Positions 1 through 12,210 of a stretch of DNA of 64,000 nt are shown piece after piece. Source of the stretch: Candidatus Eiseniibacteriota bacterium (GTDB taxonomy: Bacteria; Joyebacterota; Joyebacteria; Joyebacterales; Joyebacteraceae). The stretch is from NCBI GenBank assembly GCA_043815815.1, contig JBDRIO010000006.1:24583-88582 (forward strand), given 5' to 3'. A program made the position numbers and the translations under genes. How positions within the stretch are numbered: the stretch's first letter is position 1; each line of letters opens with the position of its first letter. The notes under the pieces were generated by a model. That model was not told the DNA's origin, ran no database searches, and was given only the letters and a program-made list of their open reading frames with translations.

Positions 1-1071
1 TCAACCCGGCGGGTGGAGCCTCCGCCACTGACCATAGCAGCGGCCGATGAGTGCCAACTCAACCCGCGGTATACCTTCTCCACGTTCATCGTTGGAGCGA
101 GCAACCGCTTTGCACAGGCTGCGTCTATGGCGGTGGCGGAGGCCCCTGCCGAAACATATAATCCGTTCTTTATCTATGGCGGTGTGGGGCTCGGCAAGAC
201 GCACCTCATGCAGGCCATAGGCAACTACACACGTGAGAAGCGACCGGGTCTCTCTGTCTACTACGTGTCCTCAGAGACCTTCATGAACGAGCTGATCACG
301 TCGATTCAGCGTGGAACGACGCTCGAGTTCAGGGACAAGTACCGAAGCAAGGACATCCTCCTGATCGACGACGTCCAGTTCCTCGCGGGCAAGGAGAGCA
401 CGCAGGAGGAGTTCTTCCACACCTTCAACGCCCTCTACCTCGCCCACAAGCAGATCGTGCTGACGAGCGACAGGCCGCCCAAACAGATCTCCATGCTCGA
501 GGAGCGGCTCGTCTCTCGTTTTGAATCCGGGCTCGTGACGGACATACAGCCTCCTGACCTCGAGACCCGGATCGCTATCCTCCACGAGAAGGCGGAGCTG
601 GACGGGATTTCGATTCCCAACGACGTTATTCATTTGGTCGCTAATAGCGTAACGTCAAATATCCGCGAGCTGGAGGGGTCGCTCGTCCGGCTCCTTGCCT
701 TCTCAAGCCTCACCGGCAGTGAGATAACGGTCGACCTGGCCCGGGAGGTTCTCTCCGAGTTCCTCGGCAAGCCGCGAGGACCCGTCTCCGTCGCCCGCAT
801 ACAGCAGGCGGTAGCCGAGACCTACGGGGTCCCCGTGGAGAAGATGAAGGCCCGCGGCCGCGCGAGCCAGATCGCGCATGCGCGCCAGGTGGCCATGTAC
901 CTGGCCCGCGAGCTCACACACCTGTCGCTGGCGCAGGTAGGTGAACACTTCGGCGGCAGGGACCACACGACCGTTCTCCACGCGCACCGGAAGATATCGT
1001 CCGCGGTAGAGAACGCCGGACAGGTGCAGCGGGACGTTGAGAACCTGAGGCGCGTCCTCCGCACCGCCTGA
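1..1071 (+). CDS. dnaA: Chromosomal replication initiator DnaA, 5'-truncated by the window edge (AAA+ domain III and DNA-binding domain IV present)
   Basis: The frame is open from base 1 (track ORF 13..1071 is the same frame). Motifs: LNPRYTFSTFIVGASNRFA, Walker A GGVGLGKTHL, Walker B LLIDDVQF, C-terminal HTH GGRDHTTVLHAHRKI. Confidence 0.97.
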   Translation, partial: STRRVEPPPLTIAAADECQLNPRYTFSTFIVGASNRFAQAASMAVAEAPAETYNPFFIYGGVGLGKTHLMQAIGNYTREKRPGLSVYYVSSETFMNELITSIQRGTTLEFRDKYRSKDILLIDDVQFLAGKESTQEEFFHTFNALYLAHKQIVLTSDRPPKQISMLEERLVSRFESGLVTDIQPPDLETRIAILHEKAELDGISIPNDVIHLVANSVTSNIRELEGSLVRLLAFSSLTGSEITVDLAREVLSEFLGKPRGPVSVARIQQAVAETYGVPVEKMKARGRASQIAHARQVAMYLARELTHLSLAQVGEHFGGRDHTTVLHAHRKISSAVENAGQVQRDVENLRRVLRTA

Positions 1072-2050
1072 ACCTGCCCGACCCGGCCGCCCCGATACCC
1101 CTCTCTATATATAATAGGACGGACACAGCGGCCCGCGGGGCCCCTGTGTCACGCTTCCTGAAAGGCTCTCCTTCCCAGGCACAGGGGACCGGTGGCCCGC
1201 TCCGCCTGTGACGTGACGTCCCGCCCGGACGCGGCGTCCCGTACACATGCGCACGTTGACGGACAGTAGATACCCCAGGGAGAGCGGTGGACGAGGGTGC
1301 GCGCAGCCTCTCGAGCTGTGGACGAACCTTGGCACTCGACCGGCTCGTGAACGTCTCATCCACGGGCGCGGACCAGCTCTCGGGGGGCAGGAAGACCTGG
1401 AGCGCGGGCCTCATGTCGAGGTCCCGGCGGCGCTGTCAACATTCCCACAGCCCCTACTACTACTACTGGTTCTATATATGTGCAGAAGTAACAGCGTAGT
1501 ACCCCGGTCTCAGACCAACACATCAATACAGGGTGATATGTTCGTAGAGCGTGTTCCCTGTGAACTGGAGCACGGCCCGGCGCCCGGGACGTGGCCCGGG
1601 GGAGGAGTGCGGGTGAGTGCGGGGCCGGCCTCCGGGCGCAGGGACAAAGCCGCGCTCGCGAAGAGACGTGGACGTCGGACTCGGTCCCCCGGGGCGGCGT
1701 CTCCCCCGGGACCGCATGTGCGGACACGGCGGTCGTCGAGGCGGACGAGCGCGCCGTGTCTGAACGCGGTCGCCGTCCGGCGCGCGGCCCCTCAAGAGGA
1801 GTGCGTGGCGGGCGCGCCTCTGCGCGTTCTCAACAGGAGGTCTCGTGCGCGCCCTCGGAAGCGAAGTGGCGATCCCGCGTTCTCAAAGGAGACGAAGAGT
1901 CGGCGGAGTGGAGCGGGTGCGGCGCGGCTCCATTTGCCTTGCAGGCAAGAAGTGCCGCCCATATAATGAGCGCCGAAGGCGAGACGTCTTGCATCCGGTT
2001 CGGTATGCCCCGGACAGGCGCATCGTGACACTCTCCCGGGAGGTTCTCTC
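1072..2050. other. Long (979 bp) non-coding dnaA-dnaN spacer; candidate oriC and dnaN promoter region
   Basis: No credible ORF; only Arg-rich shadow frames. AT islands in GC-rich DNA at 1106-1116 (tatatataata), 1473-1479 and 1961-1967. Degenerate DnaA-box-like 9-mers with a GTGGA/TCCAC core at 1286, 1317, 1356 and 1667. A 13-bp-stem hairpin at 1122-1150. The box matches are weak and not statistically compelling. Confidence 0.35.
1939..1967 (+). promoter_or_regulatory. Candidate sigma70-type promoter for dnaN (TTGCAG-N17-TATAAT)
   Basis: Perfect TATAAT at 1962-1967, with TTGCAG 17 nt upstream, about 85 nt before the dnaN ATG. Confidence 0.3.
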
Positions 2051-3172
2051 ATGAAGTTCTCGATCGGCCGGCAGGATCTGGAGAAGGCGATCCAGAGGGT
2101 ACTGGCTGTCGTGTCGCCGAAGACGACGCTTCCTGTTCTCGCCAACTTCCTGCTGGAGGCGGAGCCCAAGTCTAAGTCGATCACGTTGACGGCGACCGAT
2201 CTCGACATGACCGTCACCACCGGTATAGAGGCCGAGGTGGACGCGGGCGGGAGCGTCACGCTGCCCGCGAAGCGATTCGCGGAGATCGTGAGAGAACTGG
2301 GGACGGACACCGTCGAGCTGTCGGCGGAGGGGGAGGAGATCTCGATTCAGTCGGGGAAGAGCAGATTCAAGATCATGGGCATCCCGACCGAGGAGTTCCC
2401 GACACTTCCGAAGAGCGACCCGGCGAGCGCCTTCTCGGTGGACGCCGGAATGCTCGGGCGGATGGTAGAGAAGGTCAGCTTCTGCACGTCGAAGGATGAG
2501 ACGAGGCCCTCGCTGAACGGCGCGTACTGGGAGTTCGGGGCCGACAGCATGGGCATGACCGCGACCGACGGCCACCGGCTTGCGACGTTCCGCGTGAAGG
2601 GTGAGTTCAAGCCCCTTGCGGGCAAGACGATGATCGTGCCGCCGAAGGCGCTCTCGCACGTGGTTCGCATCATATCGTCGGAAGACCAGGAGGCGGTGAA
2701 GGTCTCGGTCAAGGAGAATCACGTCGCGTTCTTCATCGGGAGCACGGTGATCAACTCGCGGCTCCTGGAAGGACCGTTCCCGAACTACAAGCAGGTCATT
2801 CCATCGGACAACGAGAAGGAACTCGTCGTGGGGCGGTCGGACCTCGTCGGCGCCGTGCGGAGAGTGGCCGTCCTGGCCGATGTCATGACGCACCAGGTCA
2901 GGTTGACCCTCACGAAGAAGAAGGTGCAGCTGGTCGTCTCCACGCCGGACGTGGGTGAGGCGAAGGAGGAGATCTCGGGTGCTTTCAGTTCGGACAAGCT
3001 CGAGGTCGGGTACAACGCTAACTACCTTCTCGAGGTCCTGAAGCACATCGAGGGCGATGACGTTCTCTTCCTCCTGGGTTCCCCGGTGGGCGCGGCCGTC
3101 GTGAAGGCGGCGGACGAGGCGGAGGACGAGGAGTACATGTGTCTCCTCATGCCGCTCAGACTCAACGCCTGA
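2051..3172 (+). CDS. dnaN: DNA polymerase III beta sliding clamp
   Basis: 373 aa. Typical N-terminus MKFSIGRQDLEKAIQRVLAVVSPKTTLPVLANFLLEA and C-terminal MPLRLN. Located directly downstream of dnaA. Confidence 0.97.
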   Translation: MKFSIGRQDLEKAIQRVLAVVSPKTTLPVLANFLLEAEPKSKSITLTATDLDMTVTTGIEAEVDAGGSVTLPAKRFAEIVRELGTDTVELSAEGEEISIQSGKSRFKIMGIPTEEFPTLPKSDPASAFSVDAGMLGRMVEKVSFCTSKDETRPSLNGAYWEFGADSMGMTATDGHRLATFRVKGEFKPLAGKTMIVPPKALSHVVRIISSEDQEAVKVSVKENHVAFFIGSTVINSRLLEGPFPNYKQVIPSDNEKELVVGRSDLVGAVRRVAVLADVMTHQVRLTLTKKKVQLVVSTPDVGEAKEEISGAFSSDKLEVGYNANYLLEVLKHIEGDDVLFLLGSPVGAAVVKAADEAEDEEYMCLLMPLRLNA

Positions 3173-3225
3173 GTCGCGCTGTGTCCGCTCGGTGAAGAGG
3201 TGTGCGAGGCGGGGGGAAGATCGCG

Positions 3226-4335
3226 GTGTGGCTCAGGACGGTTCGTCTCTCGAACTTCAGAAACTACGAGAGCATGGAGATCGAGTTCGAGCGCGGCTTG
3301 AACTTCCTCCACGGTCCGAACGGTTCAGGCAAGACGAGCGTGCTGGAGGCGGTCTCGTACCTGGCCGTCGCGAGGTCGCTCAGGAGCGCCGCGGACTCCG
3401 AGGTCGTTCGCTGGGGCGAGGACACGTTCGGCGTCGGCGGAGAGGTCGAAGACGACGGACGGACAGAGACGATCGTACTGCGCTTCAAGAAGGGGGGCTC
3501 CAAGGAGGTCACGGTCCACGGTGAGCCCGTGGGAAGACTGGCCGACCTTGTTGGACATCTCCGCGTCGCCTGGTTCAGTCCCGAGGACACATGGATCACG
3601 AAGGGCGCACCCGACGCACGGCGCAGACTCCTGGACATGACGCTCTGCCAGATCGACGCCGGGTACCTGGCGGCGCTCACCGGCTACAAGCGGGCACTCC
3701 GGCAGAGGAACGAAGCGCTGCTCAACTGGACGCCGGACGATGAGTCCGACCGGATAGTCGACACGTGGACCGAGAAGGTCCTGGACTACGGGAGCCGCGT
3801 CGTCGCGGGCAGGGCCTGCATGATCCCGAAGCTCGGTGACGCGGTCCGCGGCTTTCACGACGCGATCTCGGGGGAGGACAGCCTCGCGCTGGGCTACAGA
3901 AGCTCGGTCGCCCTCGGAGACGAGACGGACGAGAAGGCGGCGAGGGAGCGGTTCGCCAGCGCGCTCGAGTCGTGCCGCGAGGACGAGAGACGGCGGGGCT
4001 TCACCCTCGTCGGACCTCACAGGGACGATCTCGAGGTAAGGCTGGGAGGACGCCTCCTTCGCTCCTTCGGCTCCCAGGGGCAGCATCGCACCGCCGCCAT
4101 CGCTCTCAAGCTGGGAGAGGCGGCGATACTCGACAGCGACGAGAAGGGAGTCGTCGTTCTCCTGGACGACGTGCTCTCCGAACTGGACGAACGAAGAGGC
4201 GCGGCTCTGGTCTCGCACATAGGGAGTCACGGACAGGCGCTCGTCACGTCGACCATGAGGGCGCCCCGGGGCATCGCCCCTGACGACGGAGCGGCGTCCT
4301 TCCTCGTCGACGGCGGGGAGGTCGTGCGACAGTGA
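3226..4335 (+). CDS. recF: DNA replication/repair protein RecF
   Basis: LRTVRLSNFRNY N-terminus and Walker A GPNGSGKTS. GTG at 3226 lies 6 nt after GGGGGGAAG. The ORF opens at GTG 3202, which is an alternative start. Confidence 0.92.
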   Translation: MWLRTVRLSNFRNYESMEIEFERGLNFLHGPNGSGKTSVLEAVSYLAVARSLRSAADSEVVRWGEDTFGVGGEVEDDGRTETIVLRFKKGGSKEVTVHGEPVGRLADLVGHLRVAWFSPEDTWITKGAPDARRRLLDMTLCQIDAGYLAALTGYKRALRQRNEALLNWTPDDESDRIVDTWTEKVLDYGSRVVAGRACMIPKLGDAVRGFHDAISGEDSLALGYRSSVALGDETDEKAARERFASALESCREDERRRGFTLVGPHRDDLEVRLGGRLLRSFGSQGQHRTAAIALKLGEAAILDSDEKGVVVLLDDVLSELDERRGAALVSHIGSHGQALVTSTMRAPRGIAPDDGAASFLVDGGEVVRQ

Positions 4336-4632
4336 GCCGGGCAATGCCCATCGCGAAGGTGCTCGAGCAGGTCATCGCCAATCTGGGCCTCAAGAAGAAG
4401 CTCAGCGAGCAACGGGCGGTGGTGGACTGGGCGGACATAGTGGGGAAGAAGGTGGCGGAGCACTCGAGGGCACTCCGCGTCGACGGAGGACGGCTCTTCG
4501 TCGAGGTAGACAGCTCGGTGTGGGCGCAGGAGCTCACGCTCATGAAGCGGCGCATCCTCATCCAGATCAACAAGAGGACCGGCGACCGCGTTATCGACAA
4601 CGTGCACTTCGTACTTGGGGGAGCAGGAAGGC

Positions 4633-7047
<2,415 letters not shown>

Positions 7048-7067
7048 TTCGACCGGGTAGGGGGACG

Positions 7068-9494
7068 ATGCCACAGACCGAGAAGATTCTCCCGGTAGTA
7101 ATCGAAGACGAGATGAAGAGGTCCTACATCGATTACGCGATGAGCGTGATCGTGTCGAGGGCTCTTCCGGATGTGCGGGACGGCCTGAAGCCCGTCCAGC
7201 GGCGCATCCTCATGGCGATGGACGAGCTGGGACTCGCCCACAACAAGGGCTACAGGAAGTCGGCAAAGATCTCCGGCGACGTGACCGGCAACTACCATCC
7301 TCACGGCACATCGGCGGTCTACGACGCCATGGTCCGGATGGCGCAGGAGTTCTCTCTCCGCTATCCGCTCGTCGACGGCCAAGGGAACTTCGGGTCGATC
7401 GACGGCGACAGCGCGGCGGCCGAGAGGTACACCGAGGCGCGCATGACGCGCATAGCCGGCGACCTCATGGCCGACCTCAAGAAGGACACGGTCGACTTCG
7501 CTCCGAACTACGACGAGACCAGGCAGGAGCCGCTCGTTCTTCCGGCGACGCTTCCCAATCTGCTCATGAACGGAGCCACTGGGATCGCGGTCGGTATGGC
7601 GACGAACGTGCCGCCTCAGAACCTCCGCGAACTGGTCGAGGGCATCACCCGCATCATCGACGACCCCAACCTGCCGGATGAGGAGCTCCTGAAGATCGTC
7701 AAGGGCCCCGACTTCCCGACGGGCGGCATCATCTTCGGCCGCGCGGGCGTCAGGGACGCGTATCTCACGGGCAGGGGCCGCATCATCGTGCGCGCGAAGG
7801 CGAACATCGAGACGCACGCGAACGGCGCCGAGTGCATCATCATCACCGAAATCCCGTTCATGGTGAACAAGGCGAACCTCATCGAGGCCATAGCCGACCT
7901 CGTGAGGAGCGGGAAGATCGAAGGGATCAGGGACCTGCGCGACGAGTCCGACCGGGACGGCATCCGCGTGGTCATAGACCTGAAGCGCGACGCCAACGCC
8001 GCGGTCATCCTGAACCAGCTCTACAAGCGCACGCAGATGCAGACGACGTTCGGCGCCAACATGCTGTCGCTCGTCGACGGAGTTCCCCGGGTTCTCACCT
8101 TGCGGAAGATGATCGACCTCTTCATCGAGCACCGCGAAGAGGTCATCGTTCGCCGGACGAAGTTCGACCTGGCGAAGGCCGAGGCGCGCGCGCACATCCT
8201 GGAGGGCCTGAAGAAGGCCCTCGATCACATCGACGAGATCGTACAGCTCATCAAGAAGGCGAACGACGTCGACCAGGCGCGTACCCGCCTCATGAAGACG
8301 TTCTCGCTCTCCGAGATCCAGGCGCAGGCCATCCTCGACATGCGGCTCCAGCGCCTGACGGGCCTCCAGCGCAAGAAGATCGAGGACGAGTACAAAGAGA
8401 CCATCAAGCTCATCGCTTATCTCAAGAGCATCCTCGAGAGCCGCACGAAGGTCCGCGGGATCATCAAGGAAGACCTCGAGCAGGCGGCCGAGAAGTACGG
8501 AGACGAGCGGCGGACCGACATCGTCGACGCGACCACGGATTTCTCGATCGAGGACCTGATCGCCGAGGAGGACATGGCGATCTCGATCTCGCATTCGGGC
8601 TACATCAAGAGGCTCCCCGTCGGCACCTACCGGCGCCAGGCGCGCGGCGGCAAGGGCGTGACGGGTATGGGGACGAAGGACGACGATTTCGTCGAGCACA
8701 TGATGATCGCGTCGACCCACGACTACATCCTCTTCTTCACGCAGACGGGTCAGTGCCACTGGCTCAGGGTCCACGAGATCCCGCAGGTCGGGCGCGCCGC
8801 CAAGGGCAAGGCCATCGTCAACATTCTCCAGCTCAACAAGGGCGAGGGTCTGAAGGCGTTCGTGCCCGTGCGCGAGTTCGACGACGACCACAACATCGTC
8901 ATGGCCACGAAGAAGGGCATCGTCAAGAAGACCGTTCTCTCCGCGTTCTCCCACCCGCGCCGCGGCGGCATCAGGGCCATGTCCATCGATGACGGGGACG
9001 AGCTCATCGACGCCGCCATGACCGACGGGTCGTGCGACGTCCTTCTGGCAAGGAAGCACGGGAAGGCCATCCGCTTCCACGAGCAGGACGTCCGGGAGAT
9101 GGGGCGCACCGCGCGTGGGGTCAAGGGCACGTCGCTCGAGAAGGGCAACGAGGTCGTATCGATGGCCGTGATCGTGGGTGAGGGCGGGACGATACTCTCG
9201 GTCACCCAGAACGGGTACGGCAAGCGGACGAACATCCACGACTACCGCGTGACCCGCCGCGGCGGCAAGGGCGTCATCTCGATCAAGACGACCAAGAGGA
9301 ACGGGCCGGTCGTGGCCGTCAAGGTCGTGAACGAGAACGACGAGGTGATGATCATGACGACCGCGGGAGTCATGATCAGACTGCCGGTGTCCGGCATATC
9401 GGTCATCGGCCGAAACACGCAGGGCGTCCGGGTCATCAACCTGGGCGCCGGAGATCACGTCACCGACGTGGCGTGCGTAGTCTCCGAGGACTGA
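7068..9494 (+). CDS. gyrA: DNA gyrase subunit A
   Basis: [46 protein letters not shown] (active-site Tyr region) and C-terminal beta-pinwheel repeats. ATG 7068 lies within the longer track ORF 6882..9494. Confidence 0.97.
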   Translation: MPQTEKILPVVIEDEMKRSYIDYAMSVIVSRALPDVRDGLKPVQRRILMAMDELGLAHNKGYRKSAKISGDVTGNYHPHGTSAVYDAMVRMAQEFSLRYPLVDGQGNFGSIDGDSAAAERYTEARMTRIAGDLMADLKKDTVDFAPNYDETRQEPLVLPATLPNLLMNGATGIAVGMATNVPPQNLRELVEGITRIIDDPNLPDEELLKIVKGPDFPTGGIIFGRAGVRDAYLTGRGRIIVRAKANIETHANGAECIIITEIPFMVNKANLIEAIADLVRSGKIEGIRDLRDESDRDGIRVVIDLKRDANAAVILNQLYKRTQMQTTFGANMLSLVDGVPRVLTLRKMIDLFIEHREEVIVRRTKFDLAKAEARAHILEGLKKALDHIDEIVQLIKKANDVDQARTRLMKTFSLSEIQAQAILDMRLQRLTGLQRKKIEDEYKETIKLIAYLKSILESRTKVRGIIKEDLEQAAEKYGDERRTDIVDATTDFSIEDLIAEEDMAISISHSGYIKRLPVGTYRRQARGGKGVTGMGTKDDDFVEHMMIASTHDYILFFTQTGQCHWLRVHEIPQVGRAAKGKAIVNILQLNKGEGLKAFVPVREFDDDHNIVMATKKGIVKKTVLSAFSHPRRGGIRAMSIDDGDELIDAAMTDGSCDVLLARKHGKAIRFHEQDVREMGRTARGVKGTSLEKGNEVVSMAVIVGEGGTILSVTQNGYGKRTNIHDYRVTRRGGKGVISIKTTKRNGPVVAVKVVNENDEVMIMTTAGVMIRLPVSGISVIGRNTQGVRVINLGAGDHVTDVACVVSED

Positions 9495-9570
9495 TCCTCG
9501 GACCCTCGAGAGCCGGGCGGTCCCGGTCCAGGGCGCGTGAGAGAGCGCCATCCGGGACGCCGGGCAAGTC

Positions 9571-11307
9571 GTGAGTGAGGGTGGGCATTTGGACCGCGTC
9601 GAACGAACCGCGCTCGTGTCGGTCGTCATCAATGTCGGCCTCGTGGCGCTCAAGGTGTTTCTCGCCTTCCTGTCGGGCAGTCTGGCGCTCCTCGCCGACG
9701 CCTGGCACTCGGGCACCGACATCGTGGCCTCCGGCGTCGTCTGGGCCGGCGCGCGCATCTCGAGACGCGACGGAAGCCGGCACCTCGCCCTAATCGAGAA
9801 CCTCGCGGCGCTCGTGATCGCCGCCCTCATACTGTGGGCGGCGTTCGGCATCTTCCGCCGGGTCTCCGCCGCCGCAGGCGCTCCCATCATCAACCTTCCA
9901 ACGGCGATCGGCGGCAGCATCGTGGCCGCGCTCGTCTCGTACTACGCCGCACAGTACAAGCTCTTCGTCGGACGCGAGGAGAGCAGTCTCTCGCTCATCG
10001 CCGACGGACATCACTCCCGGATGGACACCTGGACGACGGGGGCCGTCGTCGTCGGCCTCATGGGCCACGCGATCGGCATCGAACTCGACCGCATCGCCGC
10101 GGTCGTCGTCGCGCTCTTCATCGTGGAGTCCGGACTCATGATCCTCTTCGCCTCGCTGAACGGTCTCCGCGAGGGGACGGCGACGTCCGCCGCTCCGCTC
10201 GTGGCGCTCTCGTCCTGGCCCCCGCTCCGCGCCGCCCTCGACGTGTTCCGCCGGACGGGCGCGGCGCGTCTGTCGGGCGCGGTTCGCTCCGCGGTCACGG
10301 AGCCGGCGAAGCGAAGAAGGCTGGCGGCAGGCGCCGCGCTCGTTCTCGTGGCGCTCTGGGCCTCGACCGGGGTCTACTTCGTCGGACCGGGGCGGGCCGG
10401 AGTCGTGCGCCGCTTCGGCAGGTCCGTGGGCGCCCCCGTGAAGCCCGGGGTGCACCTCAGGGCGCCGTGGCCGGTCGACCGCGTGACGCGCGTGGAGACC
10501 GGGCTGGTCCGGCGCGCCGAGATCGGGTTCGAGACGCGCTCCGACCCCAGGGCGGTGACCGGCGTCGCCGCGGAGTTCTACGCGTCCCTGTGGGAGAGCA
10601 GGCACGCGGCGGGCACGTACGAGAAGAGGCCGGAGGAGGCGCTCCGGCTCACCGGTGACGAGAACGTCGTCGACATGAACGCCGTCATCCTCTATCGCGT
10701 GTCCGACCCCCGGGACTATCTGTTCAACGTCTCGCGCTCGGAGCTCCTCGTGAAGCTCGCGGGCGAGTCGGTGATGGGGGAGGTCGTGGGGTCGCTCTCG
10801 ATAGAGGACGTGCTCACCGCGAAACGCGGCGCCCTGGAAGGGACGCTCGCCGCCCGGCTTCAGAGCGCGCTCGACGAGTCGCGGGCCGGCGTTGAGGTCC
10901 TGGGCGTCCGTCTCCAGGACATGCATCCGCCCCTCGAGGTCGTGCCGTCCTTCCGCGACGTCGCCAGCGCGCGGGAGGACAGGAACCGCATAGTGAACGA
11001 GGCCCTCTCGTACACGAACGAGACGGTGCCTCAGGCCCGCGGGGACGCGAAGAGGCTCCTTCTGGAGGCCGCCGCATACAGGACGGAGCGCGTCGAGCGC
11101 GCGCACGGAGAGTCCGAGAGGTTCCTGTCGCTGGCGGCGGAGTACCGCCGGGCCAAGAGCGTCACCGAGACGAGACTCTACATCGAAGCGATGGAGGAGC
11201 TTCTCGAGGGACTCGAGAAGTTCATCGTCAGTAGCGACGTCGATCTCAAGGGCTACGATATCCGGATGATCGACGAGACGCTCGGGACGGCCACGCGCGT
11301 CGACTAG
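9571..11307 (+). CDS. Fusion protein: cation diffusion facilitator (CDF) six-TM domain + TM linker + SPFH/band-7 HflK-like domain
   Basis: N-terminal ~200 aa carry the CDF signatures SLALLADAWHSGTD (TM2) and LIADGHHSRMD (TM5). No CDF cytoplasmic C-terminal domain is recognisable. Residues ~260-578 carry VYFVGPGRAGVVRRFGRSVG..GVHLRAPWPVDRV and the coiled HflK-like tail REDRNRIVNEA. It is a single uninterrupted ORF. Confidence 0.8.
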   Translation: MSEGGHLDRVERTALVSVVINVGLVALKVFLAFLSGSLALLADAWHSGTDIVASGVVWAGARISRRDGSRHLALIENLAALVIAALILWAAFGIFRRVSAAAGAPIINLPTAIGGSIVAALVSYYAAQYKLFVGREESSLSLIADGHHSRMDTWTTGAVVVGLMGHAIGIELDRIAAVVVALFIVESGLMILFASLNGLREGTATSAAPLVALSSWPPLRAALDVFRRTGAARLSGAVRSAVTEPAKRRRLAAGAALVLVALWASTGVYFVGPGRAGVVRRFGRSVGAPVKPGVHLRAPWPVDRVTRVETGLVRRAEIGFETRSDPRAVTGVAAEFYASLWESRHAAGTYEKRPEEALRLTGDENVVDMNAVILYRVSDPRDYLFNVSRSELLVKLAGESVMGEVVGSLSIEDVLTAKRGALEGTLAARLQSALDESRAGVEVLGVRLQDMHPPLEVVPSFRDVASAREDRNRIVNEALSYTNETVPQARGDAKRLLLEAAAYRTERVERAHGESERFLSLAAEYRRAKSVTETRLYIEAMEELLEGLEKFIVSSDVDLKGYDIRMIDETLGTATRVD

Positions 11308-11323
11308 CCGCGAGGAGATACCC

Positions 11324-12205
11324 ATGAAGAAGCGCAGGTACTACGTGATGGCCGCGCTCGTCGCAGCGGTCCTCGTCGCCCGAACCGGAGTGTTCGTGGT
11401 CGACGAGACGCAGACCGCGATCGTGACGCAGTTCGGCGATCCCATCAGCGTGATCGAGGAGGCGGGGCTCCACTGGAAGATCCCGCAGCCGGTGCAGGCC
11501 GTCAGGTTCTTCGATCGCCGGCTCCTGATCTACGATCCGAAGCCGACGGAGTTCCTCACGAGCGACAAGAAGAATGTCGTGGCGGACGCGTTCGTCGCGT
11601 GGCGGATCGAGGACCCGAGGCGCTTTCTCGAGACCGTGACCGACAGGGTGGGGGCGGAGGTGCGGATGGCGGACATCGTGGCGTCCGAGCTGGGGGCCGC
11701 CCTGGGCAGGTTCCCGATCCACGCGCTCATCTCGGTGGACCCCGGAGAGATGCGTGTGGCCGCGATCATGGACACGGTGACGAACGGGTGCCGCGAGACG
11801 GCGTCGACGAACTTCGGCATCGACATCGCCGAGGTACGCATGAAGCGGATAGCGTTCCCCGAGCAGAACAAGCAGAGCGTCTTCGACCGCATGAGGGCGG
11901 AGCGCAGCCGCATCGCAATGAGGTACAGGTCGGAGGGAGAGGAAGAGGCGATCAGGATCCGGGCCGAGGCGGACCGGGACCGGCAGGAGATCCTGGCCGT
12001 CGCGTACCGCGAGGCCGAGGTCATCCGCGGCGAGGGCGACGCGGAGGCCGCGAGCGTGTACGCACGCGCCTTCAACGCCGACCCGGAGTTCTACCGGTTC
12101 ACGCGCACGCTCGAATCGTACGGGAAGTTCCTGGACGAGAACACGACCGTCATCCTTTCGTCGGAGTCCGAGCTCCTGGACCTCCTGAACAGGAAGGGAC
12201 CGTAG
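11324..12205 (+). CDS. hflC: SPFH/band-7 protease-modulator subunit, HflC-like
   Basis: N-terminal TM, then VFVVDETQTAIVTQFGDPISVIEEAGLHWKIPQPVQ. 293 aa. RBS GAGGAG lies upstream. Confidence 0.85.
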   Translation: MKKRRYYVMAALVAAVLVARTGVFVVDETQTAIVTQFGDPISVIEEAGLHWKIPQPVQAVRFFDRRLLIYDPKPTEFLTSDKKNVVADAFVAWRIEDPRRFLETVTDRVGAEVRMADIVASELGAALGRFPIHALISVDPGEMRVAAIMDTVTNGCRETASTNFGIDIAEVRMKRIAFPEQNKQSVFDRMRAERSRIAMRYRSEGEEEAIRIRAEADRDRQEILAVAYREAEVIRGEGDAEAASVYARAFNADPEFYRFTRTLESYGKFLDENTTVILSSESELLDLLNRKGP

Positions 12206-12210
12206 CGCTC

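Noticed and set aside
1247-1966. 239-aa ORF (and overlapping ORFs on both strands) inside the dnaA-dnaN spacer
   Set aside because: It is extremely Arg/Pro/Gly-rich with no recognisable motif, no RBS and several mutually overlapping alternatives. This is typical of random open frames in high-GC DNA.
1883-3046. 387-aa minus-strand ORF
   Set aside because: It is antisense to dnaN and is a shadow frame.
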